Positions 1 to 12,352 of a stretch of 64,000 nt of DNA are shown here, piece after piece. Every line of letters starts with the position of its first letter. Positions within the stretch are counted from its first letter, which is position 1. The stretch spans positions 744,001-808,000 of the forward strand of contig MU008151.1 in NCBI GenBank assembly GCA_010909165.1. Reading direction: 5' to 3'. The notes below the pieces were generated by a model. That model did not search any database. It worked only from the letters and a program-made list of their open reading frames with translations, and was not told the origin of the DNA. The position numbers were made by a program, and so were the translations under genes. The stretch comes from Anthoceros angustus (lineage: Eukaryota; Plantae; Anthocerotophyta).

Positions 1-752
1 CGGACATGGTAGGAGGAATTCCTTCTGCTTCTCCTCCCAGCACCTAGTCCTCCACTTCCCAGCACCTAGTCTCTAGGTTCTACTTGCTCGGTGGCTCGTT
101 TTGGAAAACACTTGACACAGCCTTTCATCTAGGCTTGCCTGTTGTGGATCTATCCCTATCCAATGTCTTAACAAATCGCCCATGCGAACTATTACCAAGC
201 CTATTACCAAATTATTATCAAACAAAACTAAGGTATTTTCCATTACCATTCTACTTTTCAAGATGTAATACGGCTTGAAATTAGTCGTTGTCATCGTGTA
301 TGTGGGCAGAGAGTATCCTACACACCTCCCTATGCCTCTACCCTCGTCGATTATGAACTGCCAATCTCATGTCTTCAAACATTCAGCTAACCTAACGTCA
401 ATGTTCAAAAATGCTTCCAACAATTAGGTCTACTTCCTTTAATGATAACTAACCTGCAGAATACCAGGCAGTACGGGATGGCACTGGAAGACACTAAGGA
501 GGATCCATTCACGTGGGAGGCTGAGGTGGTTTAAAGGCTTCTACCTGGGCAAGAATTGAACAGGTGATAAGAAACTGTCAAGGGGCCATAGGAATAACAG
601 CTTTGTCAAGGTTGGGTAGGAATCAAGAGTCATTGCCCGGCACATGTTGACGATATCATGCACGTTTTCTTGCGTGCCCTGGAGAAAGCATCACGCTTCT
701 AAAACATAGTTTAAAATCGGTATTCACAGACTTGCGCCCATGACGGAGATGT

Positions 753-1141
753 CGTCCACAACAGGTGAGCTTGAAAGCAAGCTGGCACTGGCCTGACAAG
801 TACTTGCAAGGAAGAAGAAAGTGCGAATTGGAGGGCTGCGATGTACGCAGTGATGGATGAACTCGTCAGTGTCCAGCAATAATGCAAGGCTGGGCCACCT
901 GTCTGTGTCCTTCTGGAACGCGTCAATCAGGGATGCTTCTTCGGGCCATGCCGTCCACAACAGATGAGCTTGAAAGGAAGCTGGCACTGGCCTGACAAGT
1001 ACTTGCAAGGGACATGAGAGCGCGAACTGGAGGGCTGCGATGTACACAGTGATGGCTGAACTCGTCAGTGTCCAGCAATAATGCTGGGCCACCTGCCTGT
1101 GTCCTTCTCTGGGACGCGTCAGTCAGGGATGCTTCTTCGGG
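753..1141. repeat. Diverged tandem duplication, about 199-bp unit x2
   Basis: CGTCCACAACAG.TGAGCTTGAAAG.AAGCTGGCACTGGCCTGACAAGTACTTGCAAGG...GGGATGCTTCTTCGGG starts at 753 and again at 952. Confidence 0.85.
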
Positions 1142-1341
1142 ATGGGACTTCGCAAGGATATGACTTCGTCAGGATGTGACTCCATCAAAGCATAAGGCTT
1201 TAGTATCCATCCCCAGGCAGGCGTGAGGCCATATAGCCTGGCTACCAGGGCTATCCATTCCACTCCATTCCACGCCTTTCAAATCCCATTTCAGTTCTTC
1301 CCAACTTCCATCCAGGCTGCAGCTGTTCCAAGAGCAATACG

Positions 1342-2194
1342 ATGGGCGACAGCGTGAAGGTGGCAAGCATCGGCATCCCTTTGTTCCAGGGCTTCACTGC
1401 TCTGGACCTAATTGGGCCTTACGAATGTCTGTGGCAGCTGGAAGGCGTGCATGTGTATTTGGTGGGTGCCGAGGAGGGCCAGCAGTATACGACAGACAGC
1501 CAGATGGTCACTCACTGCAACTAGATCATACAAAACCCTGCCCAACCCGGACGTCATCCTTGTTCCTGGAGGCTTGACGCTGTACGAAACTTCCAAAGCC
1601 GATGGGTGGGAGGAAGGGCAATGGAAGGCCATCATCGACTGGGTCCGGCAGGTGAGTCCTGACTGACCAACTCTGTTTCCTTCATCAAATGGACATCTCA
1701 GGAATGCAGAAATGTGCTAATTGCAGGCCCACCAGACATCCAAGTACACGACGTCTGTCTGCACAGGAGCATTGATCCTGGCTGCAGGGCTGCTCAAAGG
1801 GCCAACGTCACCACACATTGGATAGCAAGGAGGAGATCCAGAGGCCTGAATATGGGCGACTTACGTCCCGAAGCGAGTCGTGTGGGTAGATGAGGTGAGC
1901 ACACCGACACCGTGCACTACATGACTGCATACCACTTGCTGCTTAGATAGTCATTGAACAAACTTACAAGTCATCTGGGCGGGCTGCAGGAGAACTCCAA
2001 GATCTCCACATGCGCCGGAGTATCGTCTGGAATTGACTTCGGGCTGACGCTCTGTGCAAAACTCGCTGGCGAAAGCAAGGCCAGAGCTATCCAGCTCACA
2101 ATAGAGTACGATCCTCAGCCCCTTTGATTGCATCATTCCGGCCAAGATCGAGTTGGCACAGCAGGCGGTTGAGGATGTTCTTGCCGGGCTGTGA
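1342..2194 (+). CDS. DJ-1/PfpI-family protein, isocyanide hydratase (InhA)-like, copy 1 (3 exons, frameshifts in consensus)
   Basis: IGIPLFQGFTALDLIGPYE, PDVILVPGG, TSVCTGALIL, VTTHW, AGVSSGIDFGLTL and AIQLTIEYDPQP; two GT-AG introns. Confidence 0.8.
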
Positions 2195-2445
2195 GACATC
2201 GATAGGAGGTTCAAGGAGTTCCCACGATGCTTCCATGGCCAGCCAGCAATTTAGAGGGCGGGGCCCGAGCCCCAACAAATGTGTACTCATGTCACAGCGA
2301 GCAGATAGTCCCTGCTGTCTCCTTTTATCTCCAGAGCTGCCTGCAGTTTTCCAATGCAGCAAACCATTCGCAATTGTCGTGGAATGCCCGGCCTGTACCC
2401 ACACCGTGCTTCGCAATCATCCTGGTTCCAAATACTTGAACTGTC

Positions 2446-3100
2446 TCAATGCCAGTCCCCACAAGAACATTTGCCATCCACAAAGCAGTGAACACGGTGT
2501 GCATCCCTGACGATGATTTGGCGCTGCTCAAGGCGTGACATAATCTTGGTGCTACTGTGACAATCATTGCACATGCGAAGGTTCTTAGTTACCACTAGAG
2601 TTGTCCTCCGGAGTGTTAAGGAGGCCATATGCTAATGCCAACTTCTCCGCATGTCCACACAATGCATCTTCCTTTTCACTCTCTGAAACTGCCTTCAGAA
2701 CCAGGTCAGTCAAAGGCACGTGCCCGCCTTCATCCTGCACCCTCACGTTCATGCTAATCAACTTCGAGCAACGTCACCCTCTCGTCTCCCACGGTGAACT
2801 CGTGACCTTATTGTTCACTTCAATACCAGCCTTTGCGGGCTTTTTCCAAGCACCTGCGCACTTTCTCAACCTTTCTATTTCCTCTACATCACCCCACATG
2901 CCTGCATTTGCATAGATATTCCCCAGTAGCACATAAGCAGCTGCAGTCTGGGGCTCCAAACGTACCAGACGTTCAAAACATCGCCTTCCACGCTCTACAT
3001 CACCATGGCTTTTACACGCACTCAGCAAAGAAGTCCACCCCACAACATCATTTTCAAAGGGCACTGACTGCAACAATTTTTCAGCAGCCTCAAATCCCAT
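2446..3100 (-). pseudogene. Duplicated 3' fragment of the DYW:KP gene (end of S2, E1, E2, DYW:KP; no PPR array)
   Basis: [42 protein letters not shown] and CSCGDWH*. Truncated at the duplication junction, with indels near 2805 and 2606. Confidence 0.8.
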
Positions 3101-3152
3101 TTCAGTTCTTCCCAACTTCCATCCAGGCTGCAGCTGTTCCAAGAGCAATACG

Positions 3153-4011
3153 ATGGGCGACAGCGTGAAGGTGGCAAGCATCGGCATCCCTTTGTTCCAG
3201 GGCTTCACTGCTCTGGACCTAATTGGGCCTTACGAATGTCTGTGGCAGCTGGAAGGCGTGCATGTGTATTTGGTGGGAGCCGAGGAGGGCCAGCAGTATA
3301 CGACAGACAGCCAGATGGTCACTCTTACTGCAACTAGATCATACAAAACCCTGCCCAACCCGGACGTCATCCTTGTTCCTGGAGGCTTGACGCTGTACGA
3401 AACTTCCATAGCCAATGGGTGGGAGGAAGGGCAATGGAAGGCCATCATCGACTGGGTCCGGCAGGTGAGTCCTGACTGACCAACTCTGTTTCCTTCATCA
3501 AATGGACATCTCAGGAATGCAGAAATGTGCTAATTGCAGGCCCACCAGACATCCCAGTACACGACGTCTGTCTGCACAGGAGCATTGATCCTGGCTGCTG
3601 CAGGGCTGCTCAAAGGCCAACGTCACCACACATTGGATAGCAAGGAGGAGATCCAGAGGCCTGAATATGGGGCGACTTACGTCCCGAAGCGAGTCGTGTG
3701 GGTAGATGAGGTGAGCACACCGACACCGTGCACTACATGACTGCATACCACTTGCTGCTTAGATAGTCATTGAACAAACTTACAAGTCATCTTGGGCGGG
3801 CTGCAGGAGAACTCCAAGATCTCCACATGCGCCGGAGTATCGTCTGGAATTGACTTCGGGCTGACGCTCTGTGCAAAACTCGCTGGCGAAAGCAAGGCCA
3901 GAGCTATCCAGCTCACAATAGAGTACGATCCTCAGCCCCTTTGATTGCATCATTCCGGCCAAGATCGAGTTGGCACAGCAGGCGGTTACGGATGCTCTTG
4001 CCGGGCTGTGA
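3153..4011 (+). CDS. DJ-1/PfpI-family protein, isocyanide hydratase (InhA)-like, copy 2 (exons about 3153-3464, 3540-3710, 3807-4011)
   Basis: Exon 1 is open for 104 codons up to CAG|GTGAGT. The LDL Asp and the SVCTG nucleophile Cys are retained. The remaining shifts sit in G and C runs. Confidence 0.85.
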
Positions 4012-4262
4012 GACATCGATAGGAGGTTCAAGGAGTTCCCACGATGCTTCCATGGCCAGCCAGCAATTTAGAGGGCGGGGCCCGAGCCCCAACAAATGTG
4101 TACTCATGTCACAGCGAGCAGATAGTCCCTGCTGTCTCCTTTTATCTCCAGAGCTGCCTGCAGTTTTCCAATGCAGCAAACCATTCGCAATTGTCGTGGA
4201 ATGCCCGGCCTGTACCCACACCGTGCTTCGCAATCATCCTGGTTCCAAATACTTGAACTGTC

Positions 4263-7200
4263 TCAATGCCAGTCCCCACAAGAACATTTGCCATCCACAA
4301 AGCAGTGAACACGGTGTGCATCCCTGACGATGATTTGGCGCTGCTCAAGGCGTGACATAATCTTGGTGCTACTGTGACAATCATTGCACATGCGAAGGTT
4401 CTTAGTTACCACTAGAGTTGTCCCTCCGGAGTGTTAAGGAGGCCATATGCTAATGCCAACTTCTCCGATGTCCACACAATGCATCTTCCTTCTCACTCTC
4501 TGAAACTGCCTTCAGAACCAGCTCAGTCAAAGGCACGTGCCCGCCTTCATCCTGCACCCTCACGTTCATGCTAATCAACTTCGAGCAACGTCACCCTCTC
4601 GTCTCCCACGGTGAACTCGTGCACCTTATTGTTCACTTCAATACCAGCCTTTGCGGGCTTTTTCCAAGCACCTGCGCACTTTCTCAACCTTTCTATTTCC
4701 TCTACATCACCCCACATGCCTGCATTTGCATAGATATTCCCCAGTAGCACATAAGCAGCTGCAGTCTGGGGCTCCAAACGTACCAGACGTTCAAAACATC
4801 GCCTTCCACGCTCTACATCACCATGGCTTTTACACGCACTCAGCAAAGAAGTCCACCCCACAACATCATTTTCAAAGGGCACTGACTGCAACAATTTTTC
4901 AGCAGCCTCCAAATCCCTGACCGCCCAAGAAGATCAATCATGCAGTTATGATGCTGGTCTGTTGGCTCAATGCCCTGCTCCTTCATCATCCCGAAATACC
5001 GCTGGCCCTCTTTCACCAGCCCCTTGTGACTGCAAGCTACCAGCAGAGAAATGAACGTAGCACCGTTGGGCTCCACACCTTCCTCCGCATTTCTTCGAAA
5101 AACTGTATTGCCCTGTGGCCATCCCCATGTTTGGCATAACCATTCAGCAGACTATTCCATGTCACCACATCTTTCACAGGCAACGTTTCAAACACTTGGC
5201 GAGCACCTTCCAAGCTCCCACATTTTGCATACATGTCCACTAGACAGTTGCCGACAACCACATCACAATCTAGTCCCTTATCTTGGGTCACAGCATGAAG
5301 CTGCTTTCCTGATGCAAACCTCCAACACTGGCACATGCATTCAGGAGCCAGACAAACGTAACATGATTACCCACAGACAGCACCTCTTGTTGCATACTTG
5401 CATAAAGATCCAACGCATCTTGACCAAGCCCCTGCTGACAATAGCCTCCAAGAATTGCATTCCAAGCTACCACGTCTCTACTAGAGAGCCGGTCAAAATT
5501 CTGCGTGCATCCTCTAAGCTTCCACATCTTGCATACATGTCGACCAGGCAGTTGCCAACAACCAGATCACTTTCTAATCCTCTTTGTTCAATTTGCAGAT
5601 GAAGCTGCTTTCCTTGTTGCAAGGCTCTCACAATGGCACATGCTTTCAGGAGGGACACGAAAGTGATGTGATTTGCTGGAGCCATGCCATCCTCTTGCAT
5701 AACTGCATACAGATCAAGAGCTTCTTGGCCAAGGCCATGATTGGCATATCCTCCAATCATTGCACTCCATGTCACAACATCTCTTCTGGGCAACTCGTCA
5801 AAGACCCTCCGAGCAAGCTCAATGTCCCCACACTTGGCATACATGTCGACTAGGCAGCTTCCCACAACCATATCAGTGTGCAGTACCCTTTCCTGAATCA
5901 GAGAATGCAGCTGCTTTCCTGCTGCAGAGCCCTGAGGCTGGCACAAGCCTTGAGGAGGCACACGAACGTGACACGATCAGGTAGTGTCTTGCCCTCTTGC
6001 TGCATGCTTGCATAAAGATCAAGGGCTTCTTGACCAAGTCCATGCTGCGCATACCCTGCAAACATGGCATTCCATGTCACCACACTTCTAGTGGGCAGGT
6101 TGTCAAAAGTTTACGAGCATCCTCTAAGTTCCCACATTTTGCGTACATGTCAACCAGGCAGCTGCCAATGACCACATCATTCTCCAGCCCTCTTTTCCGA
6201 ATCAAGGAATGGAGCTGCATGCCCTGATGCAAAGCACCCACAATGGCGCACGCTTTTAGCAGGGACACAAACGTGACGTGATTGGCTGGATACAAGCCGT
6301 CCTGCTGCATGGAGGCATACAAATCCAGCGCTTCTTGACCTCGTCCATGCTGAGCATACCCTGCGATCATGGCAGTCCATGTCACCACATCTCTCGTGGG
6401 CAAATCATCAAACACAGCACGAGCATCCTCTAAACTGCCGCACTTTGCATACATATCCAGCAAGGAGCTGCCAACAAACATATCAGGCTCATGAGAACTC
6501 TCCAGGATGTCGGTATGCACCTCCTTCCCGGAAGCCAGGTCCCCTGCCACAGCACAGGCCTTGAGGACTGCCACGAATATATGGTTGTTAGGCTTCATCG
6601 CCGACTGCCGCATCTGGCGATACAGTTTCACGGCCTCGGCAGGCTGCCCATGATCCGCGTGCGCCTTGATAATGGAAGCCCATGCGAAGGTGTTGGAGCA
6701 GCTATCTTGGAAAACACGTTCACCGCGTCCTCCACCAGGCCATGAGAGGCATACATCCGTATGATGTGGTTGCCCAGAAACCTGTCCGTCTCCTTCCCAC
6801 TTCTAACAGAGAGGACATGGACACGTTTCCCGTTATGCAAATCCTCTGTGCAATGCACCTCTTGAGCACAGAATAGAGAAGACTGGTGTCAGAACGCAGT
6901 CCCTCTGCACCAGGAGGTCCAAAGCTTCAATAGCCTCACCTAGCTGGCCCTTGTCACACAGCCTCCGACAGACATCCACCTCCGACTCATCCTCTCCATG
7001 TCTCCACGGGCCAGCCTGGCTCCCTGAGGAAGAGCTGGTCCCAGCATGCCCTTGCGCATCCCACGCAGCTAGCTGAGCCTGCAGCCAGCCAGGATTCCTT
7101 GGATTGTCTATCCACAGGGCCTTCTTGGAGCGCTTGTGCCTGAAGTCCGGATGGCGGGGACTCCTCTTAGCCTGCCTGCAATCCCACCACTGTGCGGGAT

Positions 7201-7462
7201 CCGAGAAAAAAGCTTGCCACAAAAGCTCCTGCTGTTCTTGTTGCGTTTTGCCTTCATGACCGTAGCTGGCTCCAGCAATAGCAGCCCGTCCTTCAAACTT
7301 CCCCACACCAGGTGACATGGCAGGGGGGAGCCAGAGCTGAGGTGGACCATTGCGACCACCACAGATCCATACGTCTTGCTGCTTGATCACAACATTCCCA
7401 GGAGCCCACTTTGGGTGCAGGAAGCTGGCAGCCATAACCCTAGCCCAGAGCTCATGGCACAT
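4263..7462 (-). CDS. PLS-class PPR protein with N-terminal PDF motif and E1-E2-DYW:KP domain (ends DWH); candidate U-to-C editing factor; frameshifted in this consensus
   Basis: ORF pieces 6833-7486, 6077-6631, 5467-5961 and 4571-4912 are collinear PLS repeats, followed by [19 protein letters not shown] and CSCGDWH*. First in-frame ATG is at 7462. Confidence 0.85.
7058..7228 (-). other. OSB-type PDF motif (ssDNA-binding motif) within the PPR protein N-terminus
   Basis: [57 protein letters not shown] fits the OSB pattern LWQ.FF..P..WWDNR..K..P..PDFKHK....ALWL....P.W...L. Confidence 0.85.
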
Positions 7463-9329
7463 CGACAGACATGGACACACGATCACTCCATCCTATAATC
7501 CACTCCACTCCACTGTTCCTTCCTTCCTTCCTTGCAAGACGTTACGTCTGTGCCCTCTAGAGTCATGAGGACTCTTTGCACCCGCAGCATTGGTGAGGAG
7601 TCAACTGCATGGGTTGAGTGCACGATGCGTAAGGTGGTGTGTTGAATGACGTCTTTAAATTTGGAATGTTCCTAGCCTGTAGCGCGAAGGCTTGAAACTT
7701 GAAAGGAGCAAGTGAGCGCGAGCAAGATAGCATGCTAGCTAGGGATGCTGCCATGATTCATTTTTCTTTATTGAAGATAATGCACATTTTTCACAATTTC
7801 TGCGGATTGCGGGTTCTCATCAACTGATTTGTCTGGACATATGGTACATGGATGGTGGCTAGCTAGCTGCAGTGAGCACACTGGATGGGATGCGGAAGAA
7901 AAGAAAGGCTGCCAGGGCAGTTCTACCCAGAAGCCGCTGCTGTATCATATCACCTGCGCAAAATTTCATCCATCCCACAGCGTCTGTTTGCGGTATGAGA
8001 AGGGAGATGTCCCTGACAGAATTTTACAATCCTGTCCTTGATTGCATCAGGGCCAGCCTTGTCGGCCAGGGCCATGAGTCTAGTCCTGGAATGGTGGCAG
8101 GAGAGGCCCTTACTTTGCTTATATTTTTACTCATTTCACCTACGCCTTCACACAACCTCTACTAATCAGTTTCGTTTTCATGTAAACAGCTTGTTAGTGT
8201 AGACGGTGTAACAGTGATATGTCTTTATCTTGCACCCTTGCTCTCCATGATTGTGAATCATGTGGATCTGTCCCGTGTCACACGCCAATACACGCCTTCT
8301 CCATTCTACTTACCGGTCCGCCATTGGGCTCGCTTGGGCTTTGTCCATTGTTTCAACATATTATTGGGCTCGTTTGGGCTTTGTCCTTGTTTCAACATAT
8401 CACTGCTAGAACACTTATCTAAGTTTGTCTTCGTCTCATAATGAACTGCATTCTTTGGGCTTTGTAGATTTATGCTGTTGATTCCCTAGAAACATAATCG
8501 AGAGCATTGAATTCACTGAAAAAGGGTAGGACGACTGGGTTATAGAGCCAGACCTTATAACATCTTAGATGATATGCTTTTGGGAAGGATGGGCTATTCT
8601 TTGTGTGGAGATTTAACCTTTGTTTCTTAATGTTGAGTTTTGTATACCGAGCTATAAATATTCTTTCGACCAAAACCCAACAAAGACATGCTTCCTTAAA
8701 CGAAACCCAATAAATCATATTTTTCACAAGAACGTTCCCCTCACACTATTGATACACACAGCTTAGGGTACTATATAATTAGTGATGCACATTCTTTAAT
8801 GCATGCACAATTGAATTCAGCACCTTTAAACTCCATAAGAAATGTCTTAAGTATGTAAGTTAGTTCACGGTCTAATATGTCCATAGTCAAAAGTGCTACT
8901 TCCCTCGACAAAAAATGTAATACATAGACTACCTACGTGAGAATAGGCATGGGTGGAAAGTGCTCTAGTTCATGCAACAAAAGATGTGCTTATCGGGACT
9001 AAGGAGTACCGAATCTAGAATGGATGGGTGGTACCACATCTCGGTAGTATCTAATTGGAAGGTCACTAACCGGGCCTGAATTTCAATGAATTTATGGTTA
9101 TCGTATAAAGAACCTAATGGTTACCATGACACTCTTCAAGAGGAAGGTTTGGTAACATTAGATGATTGACATTAGCTATCACTCGGAATAACAATATCTT
9201 TCTTAATGGGGGAAATCTATACAAAACCCTTCACCTTGCAAAGGTCTTGAAAGCACCTCCCTGGTATGAAACTTGTGTCCTCACTCAATGACACCAAGGT
9301 CTCAATGACACAGAGGACCTTTCCAAAAT

Positions 9330-10050
9330 AGATCTCCGCAAAGGGCTAAGTCACCTTAGAGAGAGAGAGTCTACGCGGATGTTTATGGTCCCCTGTCTAC
9401 ACCTTCTTTTAGTGGTAGTAGATATTTCTTGACCCACATCCTGAAATACAAGAGTGAGGCTTATCTATTCTTCAAGGATTACTTGGCTTGGGCTGAGAGA
9501 TTAATAAATCCGGCTTGGGCTGAGAGATTAATAAATTAGAAGCTCAAAACATGACATTACGACAATGGTGGCGAGTTTACATTTCATCAATTGGAAGAGT
9601 TTTTCCGAGTTCAAGTTATAGCTCAACAACTCATTGTTGTATACACGTCTCAACAAAATGGCATAGCTGAAAACAAAAACCTGCACCTACAAGAGATCAT
9701 TGGTTGTTTATTATCATAAGCTCATATACCTAATTTACCAAATTTTGAAGCTTATTCGACATAGGCCCTACTCACACCTACATATCGTATGAATCAATTG
9801 CCCACATTAGTAGTTCAAGGTATGGCTCCTTATGAAGCATTTACTGGCAAGAAGCCTTCTATTGATTATCTTCAAATTTTTAAATCTATTGCATATATCT
9901 TTTTTCCTAAAGCATTGCGTGAGAAGTTAGATCTTAAAGCACCAAAGTATACTTTTATTGACTACATCGAAGGCATCAAAGGTTGCAAATTATTTGATCC
10001 CTCTACAAGGCAACTTCTTTAGGCTAGGATTGTTACAACTTTCACGAGTC
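9330..10050 (+). mobile_element. Degenerate Ty1/Copia LTR-retrotransposon integrase relic
   Basis: Broken frames read VYADVYGP...SGSRYFLT, KSEA, DNGGEF, YTSQQNGIAENKN and PYEAFTGKKPSIDYLQIF...REKLD; stops and frameshifts; no LTRs recognised. Confidence 0.85.
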
Positions 10051-10265
10051 TCACCTCTTTTCCCTAATTGTGGGAGTTGACACTTGTGATCCAATTGATT
10101 GTTCTCAAGACGAGACTGCCGATAATTCCTTGTCGATGATATTGATTATATCACATTTTCCAGTTCTTGCTTCTCGTATTCTTTTTGTTGAACCTATTAT
10201 GCAGGAAGAGGAGGAGCTAGCATCTATTCCATAATTCCATAACCTGAAACAATGCAGCCCTTTGG

Positions 10266-10830
10266 TAGACATGTGCAAGTGTTGGTGCTTCGGCTGTAGA
10301 GAAGGGGAAGTAGCTTCACTGATGAAGTTATACGATTCAAAACAAAGACTTTATGTTGATGTCGTTTTAGGATGGTAGCTCGGAAAGCACCCAAGGGATG
10401 CTTGTCCAGATAGGGTTCGTGAGATACCTTTGCCTAACTTTGTTGGTTCATCATAGACCTGTCCGTGAGATACCTTTGAATAGCTTTGTTGGTTCGGTGA
10501 GATACCTTTGAATAGCTTTGTTGGTTCGATGAGATACCTTTGAATAGCTTTATTGGTTCGATGAGATACCTTTGAATAGCTTTGTTGGTTCAGTCACATA
10601 CTTTTGCATAGCTTTGTTTTCTTGAAGGGTTTAGGGCCCTACTTGTACTTATGCTTTGATAAATGAGAATCATCCACTATTGAAAAAAAACAAGAAGACA
10701 CTGTTGCACGCTGGGAAATTTGCATCCCTCGGAAGACGTGTGCATCCCTCGGGGAGACGTGTGCATCCCTCTGGGAGACATGTGCAAGTGTTGGTGCTTC
10801 CGCTGTAGAGAAGGGAAGCAGCTTCACCGA
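10266..10830 (+). pseudogene. Two short PPR L-motif relics (about 10266-10322 and 10776-10830)
   Basis: ACATGTGCAAGTGTTGGTGCTTC.GCTGTAGAGAAGGG.AAG.AGCTTCAC encodes CASVGASAVEKGK.LH, like the cluster L motifs. Confidence 0.55.
10418..10618. repeat. Minisatellite, about 32-33-bp unit, 5-6 copies
   Basis: GAGATACCTTTGAATAGCTTTGTTGGTTCG repeated head to tail without unique spacers. Confidence 0.9.
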
Positions 10831-12352
10831 TGAAGCTATATGAAAACAACCAAAACAACGACGAATGCTGATGTCGTTTCAGGTTGCAGCCTAGTAAACA
10901 TGTACGCAATGTGCGGAAGCTTACAGGATGCTCAGCCTGTGTCTGACGGACTCAGGAGAAAAATGTGGTAACCTGGACCGCCCTGATAGCAGGATACTCC
11001 CACGACCTCTGGCATGGAGTAGAAAGCTCTTCGTCTCTTCAGGGCTATGCCAGAGGAAGGGCACCCGATGCCCTAACACTGAAGATCGGCCAGTCTGACT
11101 TTGCAATGTGACTTGTGCATCAAACTTGGGCATAAGACAGACCAATTCCTGAACAGATAACTCAGCTAGCTTTTTCTGGCAAAACGGTAACCCGCTAAAC
11201 ACACCCGCCTTGTCTGTATGCAGCCATGGCCTAAACGCCACGGCTCCAGCAACCACCGCCTGCACTATAGGAGCAGCAGCACCGGTGAGCCCACTACTTA
11301 TACAAAATGGCATGGGCAGAACAACACGGTTTTCCGTCGGGATGTGGAGACAAGCACCTGTCTGCTTCCGTCACCAGCCGTACATGACTGTAGAGTGCTA
11401 AGCAGGATCTGCTAAGGATCTGGTGCTGGATGGAGAACAAATCAAAAACCTGCACATGGATCAACTTCGAGCCAAAAGGGGCTGATAAATCAAAATCCCG
11501 CAGTACTCACAGGCAGCACCGGCAGACCATTCAACTTGGACAGAGCTTCGCTTCCATGGACGATATCGACCAACTTAGTACCCGTGTCGACTGGAGCACT
11601 GTCCAGCAGTGCTTCAGACATCACCCTGGGCATGTTCAGACATCCGAGCATCAGCCACCTGCAAAGACAATAAGCACGAACTGCATTTGAATACAACCAA
11701 GCCTTGAATTGGAAGAAAGACCTAACCAAGCACGAGAGGTTTAAGGAAACAACAGACGCACGGGCTGCATGCGGTCGATGCCGCAGCCATGTCTTCTCCA
11801 GGTAGGTTTCCATCAGGGCAGACAGTATGAAGGGAATTGACCGACATGGGCCCTGAGCGAGCGAGGATTACTCCACCTTGTCAGCACATTCTCGCATGCA
11901 TGCAAGGACACAGCAGGAATCCCCAAACGGGTGGAGAATTAGCCCTGGCTAGGATTCAGCAGGAGGCCCCAAGCGGGTGGGGAATTAGCGACAACAGTCC
12001 CACAACATCGTGAGGTCACACAATCCGACTTGGTATTACTTGGTTGGTGGGAGGCCCGCACAGAAGAGTTCTGCAAAGTAAGCAGCGTCAACCTCCGGCC
12101 AGCCTATCACCCCTTCAAAAATGAAAGCGTACAATAGACGCAGCGCCGGGCTTCGACCCAGCGCTTTGTTTTCCTTACTCATTAGTTTAAGGCAACCTCT
12201 TTGTCAGAGAGAGGGATATTAATAGGGCAAAAGGGTGACTCAACGTGTGCTAGCAATATGGGGTATTTGACTTTCGGGTTGGTTCAGCGGAAGCTCTCGG
12301 TTTCTTAGCTGGGGCACGAGCGGTCTGTTAGGTGAACGTGGACCTGAATGCA

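Larger units (their letters stand above)
1280..4917. repeat. Tandem segmental duplication, about 1.81-kb unit x2 (DJ-1 gene plus 3' end of the DYW:KP PPR gene)
   Basis: 1280-3090 repeats at 3091-4917 (ATG at 1342 and 3153). CAAATCCC microhomology lies at 1280, 3091 and 4910. The copies differ by several substitutions. Confidence 0.9.

Noticed and set aside
1342-4011. Bacterial contamination as the source of the DJ-1/InhA-like gene
   Set aside because: It has spliceosomal introns and is co-duplicated with a plant PPR gene end.
10418-10618. CRISPR-like array of about 32-bp repeats
   Set aside because: Units abut without unique spacers, there are no cas genes, and the context is eukaryotic; it is a minisatellite.
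8200-10620. Full-length LTR retrotransposon
   Set aside because: Only a decayed integrase was seen; no paired LTRs, RT or RNase H.
10921-11813. Minus-strand ORFs of 130 and 107 aa
   Set aside because: No recognisable domain or convincing splice structure.
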